A stretch of DNA of 63,360 bases, filler included, from Octopus bimaculoides (taxonomy: Eukaryota): assembly GCF_001194135.2 (NCBI RefSeq). It is 8 parts of 7 records of this genome, joined end to end, with 100 filler letters (N's around TTAATTAATTAA, not from the genome) between each part and the next. Parts side by side here need not be neighbours in the genome. Positions count along the whole stretch, not along the records: positions 48,280 to 53,021 come from NC_068987.1; positions 53,122 to 59,378 come from NC_068999.1; positions 59,479 to 61,996 come from NC_068993.1; 5 more parts are not named here. One strand, 5' to 3'. Position 1 is the first letter of the stretch, and each line of letters starts with the position of its first letter. The notes beneath the pieces are model-generated. The model was not told where the DNA came from. It worked only from the letters and a program-made list of their open reading frames with translations, and did no database searches. Below, in pieces: positions 50,080 through 61,996 of this stretch. The translations under genes and the position numbers were made by a program.

Positions 50080-50935
50080 CACCATGCAGGCCAGAGACTT
50101 TTACAAAATAATCTCAAGTGAAGATGAAGCGGTGTCCTTTTTGAGAGAGCACAATCTTATTGGACCAGGTAGGAAATGTACCTCCTTGTCATAAATGCAG
50201 AACACAAATGCAAGAAAAAAGGAAGAGGAATAGAACGAGAGGATTCCGGCCAATACTGAGATGTCCGAAAAAAAGGGTGCCAAGCATATCGCACAGTTCA
50301 GGAAAGAAATCAGTTTTTCTATTATACCGATTTGAATGAGAAGATCAATAGCAGATTGAGTGTGTGAAATTTTAAAATTAGTGTTCTATTTTATTCGCTA
50401 AATCCCGAGGAGTACTACAGTAACCTTTACTGGAAAGTCGCCTAATACTATTACAGACTGGTTTAGTATGCTTCGTGAAGTTTGTAGCGTGATAATATCA
50501 CACCAAACGAGGGGTCAAAATAAATTGGCACACAGAAAAATCCTATACAGATTGACGAAGCTCGGTTTGCTGCTCGTCGTAAATATAACCGTGGTCGAAT
50601 GTTGACAGGTGGTCGATGCATAGCTTATAAATAAGAAGAACCATGGAGCACGCATAGATAGGTTTTTGGTCTTGATTGTCAACGAAGAGAACATCAGCAC
50701 AAAACCGTCGATCATCAAGTGAATTATGTGGACCCGGCATTAGGAGCTCATATACAAGCTATTGAGCGATCGTGGTTTGACGCCAAGATTGAAATACTCA
50801 GGAAACAAAAAAAGGCCTATCTATTCAACATTTTCAATCACATTTGGATCATTATCGTTGGAAAATGCTCAGGAAAAACGATGACCCTTTCACTGCCTTT
50901 TTAAATGATATCAGATCAGTTTACAAACATTAAAA
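50080..50935 (+). pseudogene. Merlin/ISXO2-like (IS1016-related) transposase remnant
   Basis: SEDEAVSFLREHNLI, DWFSMLREVC, IQIDEARFAARRKYNRGR, NYVDP..GAHIQAIERSW. Confidence 0.8.
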
Positions 50936-50954
50936 TCAATATTTCAGATGTTAA

Positions 50955-51040
50955 AGGCGGCGAGCTGGCAGAAACGTTAGCACGCCGGGCGAAATACTTA
51001 GCAGTATTTCGTCTGTCTTTACGCTCTGAGTTCAAATTCT
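50955..51040 (+). mobile_element. SINE family B 5' head, truncated
   Basis: ggcggcgagctggcagaaacgttagcacgccgggcgaaat...ctgagttcaaattc. Confidence 0.9.
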
Positions 51041-51949
51041 TGGGCCAAGTCTGGTGGTAATATTCGGCGCGAAACTGACGGTAACATTCTGACCAGTTAT
51101 ATATCACGCATGCATACATGCATGTAAGTAAGTATATTTAAGATTCTTAATTACACCATTAGTATAATAATTAACAAAATCTGATATAAATCATTATTAT
51201 ATATCTAAGTGTATAGACGTATTTCAACTGAAGTTTACTTTTCTTTTGATTTCGTTTTTTAAACGTAGCTCACTTAGTTTTGTAAGCTACCATCTGCATG
51301 AAAGACAGTGAACGCGCTTATGTAGGGATGACTAAATTACAACGTATATACTGTACATTTGTACAAGATTATACAGTGGCTGGGGAAGAAAAGTAGATTT
51401 TTGTTTTAAATGTCAGAGATACGATCCGTATGAAAAACAATTGTTAAGTTAGTCCTAACATATATAACGTAGGAGCAATTAGAAAGTCAAAAGATATGTT
51501 TATGGACCGTGGTAAAACAATATTAGTCAACTATTATTATTCAAATAATTTTTAGCAAGTAAGGATAATAACTCAGGACACGTTTAAGTTTTACTATAAT
51601 CTCAACAGGAAAACATAGACTTCATTGTAAACACCGGAACAGTGGTGGAAAAGTCAGTGATTAATATTACTTTAAGTTTCAATAAATAAGGCCATATGAA
51701 AGCCTAAACATACTCAGAACTGTCTCCTTACATTTAATAAACATTAAACTGCAGTTTATGTCAAAACTGTGTACTTGATATTGAAATGAAATAACAGTTT
51801 CAAACTTAGGCACGCGGCCAGGTACTTTAGGGGAAGGAGGCAAGTCGAGTTCACCGACCCTACACTTTACCAGTTTTTTAATATTTTATTGATCCCTAAA
51901 ATAAAAAAAATGAAATTGACATAGGTGGTATTTGAGCCCAGAACATCCA

Positions 51950-52130
51950 ACAGCATATTCCAACATCACCAACACTGCGATGGAGAATTCTCCACCCACT
52001 TAGATACTGGCCAGTGAAACAGATGCAGTCAATCTCCGAATAAAGGAGGCTCATTTCATCAGGAAGAAGGTACCAACATCAACCGCCGGAACAAACTTGA
52101 CGGTTGGGAATTTATTTACTGCATCCGGAA
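51950..52130 (+). pseudogene. Short PLE GIY-YIG C-terminal remnant
   Basis: NSIFQHHQHC...ILASETDAVNLRIKEAHFIRK...INRR. Confidence 0.65.
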
Positions 52131-52327
52131 CCTCTAACCAACGCCAGCAGTAACAGCCATGTAAAGTGTAAAGTCTAATGAAGGATTATCGATCCAAAAG
52201 TGCTCATTTAGCTCACTAACCCTAGAACTAGTAACAAGGCTACAAACAGACCACACGCTAACAGTAGGTCTCATCTATCTATCTATCTATCTATCTATCT
52301 GTCTGAATGTCTGTCTGTCTATCTATC

Positions 52328-52358
<31 letters not shown>

Positions 52359-52397
52359 CTGTCTGAATGTCTGTCTGTCTATCTATCTATCTATCTC

Positions 52398-52441
<44 letters not shown>

Positions 52442-52639
52442 CCCTTCTATCTACTTACCTAATCTACCTATCAAAAACTGCTTAACCACTTAACTTTTAA
52501 CTTCTAATATTTAGTACTTTTGATCTGTCTGTCAGTCAGTCTGTCTATCTATCTATCTATCTATCTACCAATAGACCTTTTCAAACTTCTGAACCATTGA
52601 ACTTAGGAAATTCGAAAAAAAAGAAAGAAAAACTTTGTA

Positions 52640-52825
52640 GATTTTCTCAAAGGCCCAAAATTTTTAGGGAGGGGGACAGTCGATTAGATCGACTCTCAGT
52701 ACGCAACTGGTACTTAATTTATCGACACCGAAAGTCGACCTCGGCGGAATTTGAACTCAGAACGTAAAGACATACGAAATACCAATAAGCATTTCGCCTA
52801 GAGTGCTAATGTTCCTACCAGCACG
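52640..52825 (-). mobile_element. SINE family B
   Basis: aagtcgacctcggcggaatttgaactcagaacgtaaagac. Confidence 0.9.
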
Positions 52826-53021
52826 GCGGCGGAAGTGAGGGACGCGATGGCGGGATGCTCGACGGACAAATCTCCGGGCTTGGATGGTCTTCCCTACGAG
52901 CTTTACAACTGTATGCCAGACTTGTTTGGAGACGTCTTGGTGGCGGTGTACTGCAACTGGCAGCAGAACGGGAGCATTCCCGGTTTTGTGAGCCGAGGAG
53001 CCGTAACGCTGCTGAAGAAAG
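52826..53021 (+). mobile_element. L1/Tx1-clade LINE RT N-terminal fragment
   Basis: EVRDAMAGCSTDKSPGLDGLPYELY...SRGAVTLLKK; KSPG.DG.P.E.Y motif; GC-rich. Confidence 0.85.
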
Positions 53022-53121
53022 NNNNNNNNNNNNNNNNNNNNNNNNNNNNNNNNNNNNNNNNNNNNTTAATTAATTAANNNNNNNNNNNNNNNNNNNNNNN
53101 NNNNNNNNNNNNNNNNNNNNN

Positions 53122-53154
<33 letters not shown>

Positions 53155-53758
53155 GTGTTATTTATCTGAATATGTATGTGTGCGTGTGAGCATGTGAATG
53201 TGTATGCGTGTGCACTGTGTGAGTGTTCATGTGCGTGCTTGTGTGCATGTGTATGTGTTATTTGCGAGTATTTATAGATATGCACGTATATATGTGTATG
53301 CATTATTGATATAACATACATATATACATACTCCCCAATAAATGCCTAAATAGTACTTAAAAGCAATGCACGCAGTGCAGGAGTTAAAAAAGGAAACTGT
53401 AATTAGTGTAACAGCTTAATTTTTACGCCGCTAACACCAACGTAATGACGTTTGTCACGTGACGTTTTCATATTGTACGATTGGTGGATGGTAGTATCAT
53501 GACGTCATGTCATACCTCATTTGTCACTCTCTATCGCTCTTTCTCCCCCCCCCCTCTCTCTCTCTCTGTCTTTCTTTCTTCACCTTCAAGCATCATCAAC
53601 TTGGTTGTCTTTGGATATTTTCTCACACCTGGGTGAATTTTATCCTCGTTTTGAATTCTTTTGCTTCGTTCATTCACCTATCTACTTAACAGTCAATCTA
53701 TCTATCTATATGTCTATGTATGTAGGTATGTATGTGTGTATGTATGTATGTATGTATG

Positions 53759-53809
<51 letters not shown>

Positions 53810-54284
53810 TTATCTATCTATTTATCTATCTATTTATCTCCCTATCTGTCTGTCTGTTTGTCTATTTGTCTGTGTCTCTGTCTAGCTAGCTACGCTCACG
53901 CATACACACGCGCATACACATATACACATGCACGCGCACGCGCGCACGTACGCACACTATGTATGTATGTATGTATGTATGTATGTATATCTATGTATGT
54001 ATGTATGTATGTATCTATCTATTTATTTATCTGTTTGTCTGTCTATTTGTCTGTGTCTCTGTCTAGCTAGCTACGCTCACGCTTACACAGGCGCACGCAA
54101 AAACACACGCGCATACATATATATATATACACACACACATGCACATACACACATACACACACATATAAGCAACAGATTCCAAGAATTCTGCGCAGTGTGA
54201 ATAAGCCCCAAACCATGTGACTGTGAAGCGATACTATTAACCGCAGAGGCATGGTTAAGATCTTTATGGTTTCCCTTATTAAAA

Positions 54285-54478
54285 AGCAGCAATGCTGGGG
54301 CGCAGCCTAGAAAAATTTTGGTCGAACGAATCGGCCCAAATACTTTTAGTTATTAAGCCTAGTACTTATTCTGTTGAACACTTTTGCTGAACCGCCAAGT
54401 TACAGAGATGTAATCGCGCCAACAGCGGTTGTCAAACGGTGGTAGGGGACAAACGCAGAGAAAGGCACACGTAAATAG

Positions 54479-54509
<31 letters not shown>

Positions 54510-54770
54510 CATACATACACACATGGATATATGTGTCTGTGTGTGTGTGTGTGTTTGTGTGTGTGTATTATGTATGCATGTATGTATGTATGTATGTATG
54601 TATGTATATACGACGGTCTTCTTTAAGTTTCCGTCTGCCAAATCCTATCAGAAGGTTTTGTCGGCTCACGGATTTAGTAAGTGACACTCACCTAAGGAGC
54701 CATGCAGTGGGACTGAACCTGGCACCATGTGGTTGAGATACAAACTCTTTATCACACGCCCACTCCTGCG
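54285..54770 (-). mobile_element. Full-length diverged SINE family C with internal microsatellite
   Basis: Head at 54610-54770 and tail at 54285-54460 in the same orientation. Confidence 0.8.
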
Positions 54771-55159
54771 TCTATGTAAGCTTTTTTCTTTTTTCCATGA
54801 TCCCATTTTGGCAGAAATATAAAGCTAATGATGCAGAGACTTGAACTTGTAACGATGGTGTCATACACAGAACAATAGATTTTTGCCAACGATGATGTCT
54901 TTACACGAACTCACGATCTGCTGAAAATGTGACGAAAGCAACATATTATCACAGCCACCGGCAAACTGCGCTCCGCAGAACTTTATGAATACCATGCCTG
55001 ACGAAAAATTGTCTTGTAATATTTTAGCTGTGCGGACCGCTTGATGATGTACAATGTGACATGTGGTCCCTTTCTCAGAATAAGATGCCTATGCCTGCTT
55101 TATCGTTTTAAAGAGAAGAGGGACACATTAAAGAATTTAGTACAAGATATATATATATA

Positions 55160-55213
<54 letters not shown>

Positions 55214-55479
55214 CTGTCACAACATAAAATAGAACAGTCACATCTGGGACGCATTAAAACATAGCGTGTCTGGATCAGCAATGAGCTGCGATAAACAGTA
55301 ACGAATTTAAAGAATCCAGTTCTATACGTACTACAATCTGAGTCCATCATGTAGTGTAGTCAGGAAAATGAAATAACAGCTTCAAATACATTGCCATCCA
55401 TGAAATGGATAAATGTTATTATTGTTTGTTATCTTTCATCAAAACAAATGATGTATGAAAGAAAAACATAGTAGTAGTA

Positions 55480-55488
<9 letters not shown>

Positions 55489-55539
<51 letters not shown>

Positions 55540-55560
55540 TTAATAATAATAATGATGATA
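55489..55560. repeat. (TAA)n microsatellite
   Basis: Pure trinucleotide array. Confidence 0.95.
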
Positions 55561-55741
55561 GGGAAAACCGTGTACAAGCATATGAAATATAAACAAAACT
55601 GAAGAAAAGCATGGAAAAGTCAATAAAATAAATAGACATACAGTGATCCGTGACGAGTGTATTTCATGCGTACAGTGATAGTATCAACTACATCAATAAT
55701 AGGAAGAAATCCATTATATATATATATATACATATACACAC

Positions 55742-55783
<42 letters not shown>

Positions 55784-57052
55784 NNNNNNNNNNNNNNNNN
55801 NNNNNNNNNNNNNNNNNNNNNNNNNNNNNNNNNNNNNNNNNNNNNNNNNNNNNNNNNNNNNNNNNNNNNNNNNNNNNNNNNNNNNNNNNNNNNNNNNNNN
55901 NNNNNNNNNNNNNNNNNNNNNNNNNNNNNNNNNNNNNNNNNNNNNNNNNNNNNNNNNNNNNNNNNNNNNNNNNNNNNNNNNNNNNNNNNNNNNNNNNNNN
56001 NNNNNNNNNNNNNNNNNNNNNNNNNNNNNNNNNNNNNNNNNNNNNNNNNNNNNNNNNNNNNNNNNNNNNNNNNNNNNNNNNNNNNNNNNNNNNNNNNNNN
56101 NNNNNNNNNNNNNNNNNNNNNNNNNNNNNNNNNNNNNNNNNNNNNNNNNNNNNNNNNNNNNNNNNNNNNNNNNNNNNNNNNNNNNNNNNNNNNNNNNNNN
56201 NNNNNNNNNNNNNNNNNNNNNNNNNNNNNNNNNNNNNNNNNNNNNNNNNNNNNNNNNNNNNNNNNNNNNNNNNNNNNNNNNNNNNNNNNNCTAGACACCC
56301 TCCAATATATTTAAATGATAAACTTCTGGAAAGTCTTACAGATTCTTACAGTTCAAATTATGCATTTACAAAGGGAGAAGCTGATTCGAAGACTGCAGAT
56401 CTGTAGTCTTCCAATCAGCTTTTCTTATTCTGGTTTTGAGAAGCCTAATTTTTCAAGATTCGTATTTAGGCAGTGTGTTACATATCTCAGTGCTCCAGTA
56501 ATGACAGGTATAAACCTGAACTTGTAATCTGGATAGAGTAATGAATGAATGCATGTATGTATGTATGTATGTATGTATGTATGTATGCATGTATATATTA
56601 TGTATGTATGTGTGTGTGTATGTGTGCATGTGTGCATGTGTGTATGTATTTATGTATGCATGAAAGGTATGTATGTATATATACATGCATATATCTAAAT
56701 ATACATCGATAAATACAGGCACGCACACACACATGCACACACATATTTATCGTGTAGGGAGGCAAAAAATCCAAGCTGTGTTCTATATTATGTGATTTTC
56801 TTTCTGCAGAATTTCTTACTGAAAATTTCTTATATTCTTATCCAACATGTACAATTTTGCGATTCCTGTTAGAAAATTAAACATATATAATGGTGAATAA
56901 ATAGCACCAAAAGGTTTTCCAGATCCCTATATTGCTCTTTCTGTCTCTCTGTCTCTCTCTCTGTTTCTGTCTGTCTGTCTGTCTCTCTCTCTCTTTCTTT
57001 CTCTCTCTCTCTCTTTCTTTCTCTCTCTCTCTCTTTCTTTCTCTCTCTCTTT

Positions 57053-57084
<32 letters not shown>

Positions 57085-57142
57085 NNNNNNNNNNNNNNNN
57101 NNNNNNNNNNNNNNNNNNNNNNNNNNNNNNNNNNNNNNNNNN

Positions 57143-57180
<38 letters not shown>

Positions 57181-57329
57181 TAACACACACACATACACAT
57201 ATACATATATTTCGCTTATGTATGGCATTATACATCAAGATGGACTGTATGCAAATATAAGCTTTAAAGATTTCGATGATGCTATAAGGAAAACTGTAAA
57301 TCAGTCAGATCCTTACATAAACAATATTT

Positions 57330-57875
57330 AACTTCCAAGTGAAGGAGAATCCAACCTCGTTCAAGGCGACCGCCAAAATCCCGAACGAATGAAAACATCA
57401 GGAAAATTCATGAACTGAACTTGGACGACAATCACCTAACAATTGACGAATTTGTTGTGATGACTAGTGTATCGTGGTGCTACTGCCAACGAAATTTAAG
57501 CGAGCAATTGCGAATGAAAAGAGTTGCTACAAAATGTATGCCTCGCTTGCTTACGGAAGATCAATTGCAGCCACGACTAAATGCGTGTCGTGAACTGAAA
57601 GAACAGTTGGAAGTTGATCCGGACATTACTTTGGAAGGTCATCACTGATAACGAAAGCTGGTACTAAAAAATTTGCAAGATGTGGAGAGGTGAAGAAAAA
57701 AACGACGGAGGTTCGCAAGCGTTCCAGCACTGCTTCGAACAGGGGAAAACGCGTTTGGACTGATGCATTGCTTCAAATGGAGAATACTTTGAAAGCGATA
57801 AAAGTGTAAACATGTAAAATTAAGTGAATAAAATAATGTTGCAAAATTCAGGTTTCTTTAGAGTACCCACTCATA
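57330..57875 (+). mobile_element. Internally deleted mariner transposon remnant
   Basis: LTIDE...MKRVATKCMPRLLTEDQ..RLNACRELKEQLEVDPD, then TGDESW-like gtcatcactgataacgaaagctgg. Confidence 0.85.
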
Positions 57876-57889
57876 TATGTATCTTTCAT

Positions 57890-58100
57890 GTTTTATCTTT
57901 TACTTTTTTAAGTCCCTAGAATGCTGTCATGCTGGAGCAACATGTTTAAAGGTTTAGTCGAACATATTCACAACAGTACTTACTTTTTAAGCTGGAACTT
58001 AATTCTATCGCACTCTTTTGACCGAAACGCGAAGATGCAGGGACGTAAATAAAGCACTACCGGTTATCAAGCTGTAGTGGGAGACAAACGCAAGCAGAGA
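57890..58100 (-). mobile_element. SINE family C tail
   Basis: tcttttactt...catgctggagca...tttagtcgaac. Confidence 0.7.
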
Positions 58101-58124
58101 GACACAAACACATTGATATTATAT

Positions 58125-58135
58125 AGGTAGGTAGG

Positions 58136-58207
<72 letters not shown>

Positions 58208-58248
58208 CAGATAGAAAGATAGATAAATAGATAGATAGATAAATAGAC

Positions 58249-58309
<61 letters not shown>

Positions 58310-58310
58310 T
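58125..58310. repeat. (GATA)n microsatellite
   Basis: Near-pure array. Confidence 0.95.
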
Positions 58311-58429
58311 CAACTTTCATATTTACATACGAATATTTATATATATGTACATGTATGTATTTAGATATACACTGTGCGTAAGGTATTTTGAAGACATACC
58401 TTTTTTGGGTCTTTGCTGCATTTTTTTTT

Positions 58430-59300
58430 TCAGAAAATAATAATGGCAGACCCTCAGCTTACTCAAGAAATGAAGAGAACCCCTGAATATATCCAGCAAG
58501 TTCAACAGACCATTGATTACAATCCCAGAAAGCCCATTAAGTCCTGCAGGAAAAGTCAGAAATGTCCACGAAGATATCAGATGTGATGAGGAAAGGTCAA
58601 TTTGTCCGAAAAGGCTAAAGAAAACTATTATATCAAATCTAAACGGCTCTTAAACAAACTGAAAAATCCAGCAGAAGAAGATTTGATTTGGTATTTCTCA
58701 GACGAGAAAATATTTGACCAAAGTCAAAAAGTTAACAGAAGAAATGACGGATGGTTATGTGCAAACCCTTCAGAAGGTCCAAGTGTTATGTATACAAAAT
58801 TTCCTGCAACTGTCATGGTTTTAGGGGTTGTCAGCAATGAAGGACATGTGATGCTTCCTTACTACTTTCTACAAGGCCTTAGAGTTAACTCTGCCGTCTA
58901 CATTGGCGTCCTGGAAATAATTGTTAAGCCCTGGGTAGACATTGTAAGCAATGGAAGGCCATATGTGTTTTTGTAAGTCTCTGCACTATCACACATGCCT
59001 CTACTGACACAGGAATGGATGGCTGAAAATATTCATGCTCACATAACCCCTAACATCTGGCTTCCTAATTCCCCAGATCTCAATCCATTGGACTATTACA
59101 TGTGGAGCGTCATTGAGAGAGAGGTCAATGAACACGGCCATTACACTAAAGATTCTTTGAAAGCTGCCATAGTCAGAGTAATGTCCAAAATGACCTAGGA
59201 CCATTTGATTCAAGCATGTAGAGGATTTAGATCTCATATAGAAATAGTTGGCTTTATTGAATACATTATAGAAAAGAGGGTTCATTTTTATCCTCATAAC
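58430..59300 (+). mobile_element. maT (DD37D) transposase pseudogene
   Basis: WYFSDEKIFD, TKFPATVMVLGVVSNEG, WLPNSPDLNPLDYYMWS; 37 residues between the mutated second-D position and the D of NPLD. Confidence 0.9.
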
Positions 59301-59478
59301 ATTTTTTGATAAATAAAGTTATTATCTGTTATTATATATCTGATTTTTTTTTTATGAACATAAATCTCTCCTCAAATANNNNNNNNNNNNNNNNNNNNNN
59401 NNNNNNNNNNNNNNNNNNNNNNTTAATTAATTAANNNNNNNNNNNNNNNNNNNNNNNNNNNNNNNNNNNNNNNNNNNN

Positions 59479-59512
<34 letters not shown>

Positions 59513-60330
59513 ATTAAAAAAGCAACTTGAAGGGATAGAAAATATCCAACGAATTACAGCTTTGTTACCTATTATTTTGTTGTAAATAGTAATATTCCTA
59601 AAATAATAATTTTAAATACAAATCTTGGATTATATATTATCAAATTAATATAGAGAAAATGGAGAAGTAGCATTAAAAAAATCTATTAAATGCATAAATT
59701 CAACATGTTCACTTACAGCTGTTTCGATTTTTTCCAAAAGAATTAAATTCCTGTAATTAAGACATTATATTGGGCAAGATCTCGCCAGAGGAGTAAAAAT
59801 TACATACCGTTAGGTTATTAGATGTTATTCTTTCAAAACATCTCATCAGACTAAAACTCATTTAATTACTAATATTGGTGTAAACCTTGGTCAGTGGGTA
59901 ACAGGTTATATAATGGTAGTGATTGGTAAATAAATGTTAGAAACTGAGTTACACCAAAAATAGCATTATATCAATGGGAGAACAAATCAGTAATCACTTT
60001 TATAATTTGTTTAAGGAATTGATTGAACTACTATGAAAAATAGATACATTACAATATAATCGTACTCAGAAAGGACACCAGTTTTATTATATATACACAG
60101 TGCACACTTATATACATATCATTTTTAGCTAATTTGAAGGCGCTGAATCTGATAAAGACCTTACTTTTTCTTGGTTAGCTGCCGCTTTTGCTGTACAGAA
60201 ATGCCTCCTTTTTGGAAAAGAAAGCATCTTTTCATTTGTTTTCTGCATATTTGATATTAATCGATGGCAATATTTCTCAAAGTGAAATCGTAGAAACCTC
60301 TCAATTCGTAATTAAACCAACAAATATCAG

Positions 60331-61359
60331 TCACTTTATTGTTTTTGCAATTTCAGACCCTAAGTCGTTAAAAATAACACGATTGAATACACCAAGACGA
60401 ACAATTATTTTCATCAAATCATTAAATAAATTCACAGCAGAAATAAAACTTTCGTGAACATAAGAACTAAGGTAAAAAATTTTCTCTATCTTGATTGTCA
60501 CTGCATGATCAATGTTATTTAAGGCCCTTTTGATATTCCAGCAATAGTCAGCCATCATTCGTTTGTCCCACCGTCCCTGGTAGCGCTCTTCCATTCTTTT
60601 GATATTCTGGTGGAATCGTTCCCCTTGCTCATCACTCACAACGCTCTCAACGTCATTGCAATGAATAAGATCCGTCTTCTCATTAAAGAATGGTACAAAT
60701 TCGGCATCCCTATTTCGATAGAATGTTACCATTGTGCCTTTTGCTAACAGGTGTTTTTCGTTGAGCCTAGAGGCCAAAAGTTCTGGTGATTCTTTGTTTA
60801 GATTTAAGTCTCGAACCAAACCATTCGGCTCATTTTGGTTAAACGCCTCTGGCACGGTTTCGGGAACATAGTCAGGATCGTTTTCGCTCTGACTCTCGTT
60901 TACATCAGTATCAGACTCGTCACTTTCAACATGTTTTAACAAATTTTCGTGGAAACCCGGGACTGGCAAATCATCTGAATGCGGCACTGGTCGAATAGCG
61001 GAATGAAGACTGGGATAGTCGATAGAACTGCGTTTCTTTTGGTTCAGCCCCGCAACACTGACTGAGCAGAAGTAAAATTCGTTAGAGTGGTTCTTTGGCT
61101 CACGCCAGATCATAAGAATAGCGAATCTCAGCAATCTTCGGATACCTGAAGTCCACTGTATCATGTGTTCCAAACATGTCTTGCAAACAATGTGAGGGGC
61201 CCATGATTTGTCCTTATCACCAAGCTTGACGTGAAAGTAACCACGATAGGCTTTCTTGTAAATGTCAAATATCGGTTTCCTGCTGGCTTGTGGTTTGAAC
61301 TCACTGCATGAATAGCAAAATAAGTTGGGATCATTTTTGCATCCTCTCGTTGAAGCCAT
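60331..61359 (-). CDS. Internally deleted Chapaev3-like (CMC superfamily) transposase ORF, 342 aa, in frame
   Basis: N-terminal CKNDPNLFCYSC...KLGDKDKSWAPHIVCKTC...WREPKNHSNEFYFC...SAIRPVPHS fused directly to C-terminal VSDEQGERFHQNIKRMEERYQGRW..MMADYCW. The family name is from recognition only. Confidence 0.7.
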   Translation of the reverse strand: MASTRGCKNDPNLFCYSCSEFKPQASRKPIFDIYKKAYRGYFHVKLGDKDKSWAPHIVCKTCLEHMIQWTSGIRRLLRFAILMIWREPKNHSNEFYFCSVSVAGLNQKKRSSIDYPSLHSAIRPVPHSDDLPVPGFHENLLKHVESDESDTDVNESQSENDPDYVPETVPEAFNQNEPNGLVRDLNLNKESPELLASRLNEKHLLAKGTMVTFYRNRDAEFVPFFNEKTDLIHCNDVESVVSDEQGERFHQNIKRMEERYQGRWDKRMMADYCWNIKRALNNIDHAVTIKIEKIFYLSSYVHESFISAVNLFNDLMKIIVRLGVFNRVIFNDLGSEIAKTIK

Positions 61360-61965
61360 GTCATTTGATGTCTATCACTATGATTAAAAATGAGCATGAG
61401 TTGGTTGAGCCTTTACATTACACTTTGCGTTTTCACATTTAGGTAATTTGATCTTTCCTAATGTCCTACGGAAAAACTCGTAAAACTGTCAATAACAAAA
61501 GACGGAAAGAGTTGTTACGCTCATTCTATATTCTACTTCGTATCTTCGTAATCCCGCGTGGAAGGCAGATGTTATGGTGAAACCATTTTTATAATGTTCA
61601 TCATGTACAATATCAGGTTTTTAACCCACACGAATATACGTAGGATTGCACCTAAAGACTCACGCTCATGGACCTACGCAGGATTGCACACAAAGACTCA
61701 TGGTGCTGGTTTCTATAAGTTGAACTATGGACGTTTGTTCTTGATATGTCTTCTTTCTTCCCTTCTCCTTATTCTTTTACTCGCTTCTTCTATGTCATCA
61801 TCTTATTAATGTATTCCATTCTCATCTTCCATATTTTCCCCCTATTTTTCTGAGATGACGGAATATCGCAGACACAGGGTAATCACAGAAACAGCTGTAA
61901 GATTTTGAATTTCTTCCTATAATAATATTATATATGACTTAAAGTTTACTGCCCTGTTTAGCAAT

Positions 61966-61996
<31 letters not shown>

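Noticed and set aside
612-57238. Many long ORFs made of X, YI, HT, CV or YVCM runs
   Set aside because: Products of N gaps and di- or tetranucleotide repeats.
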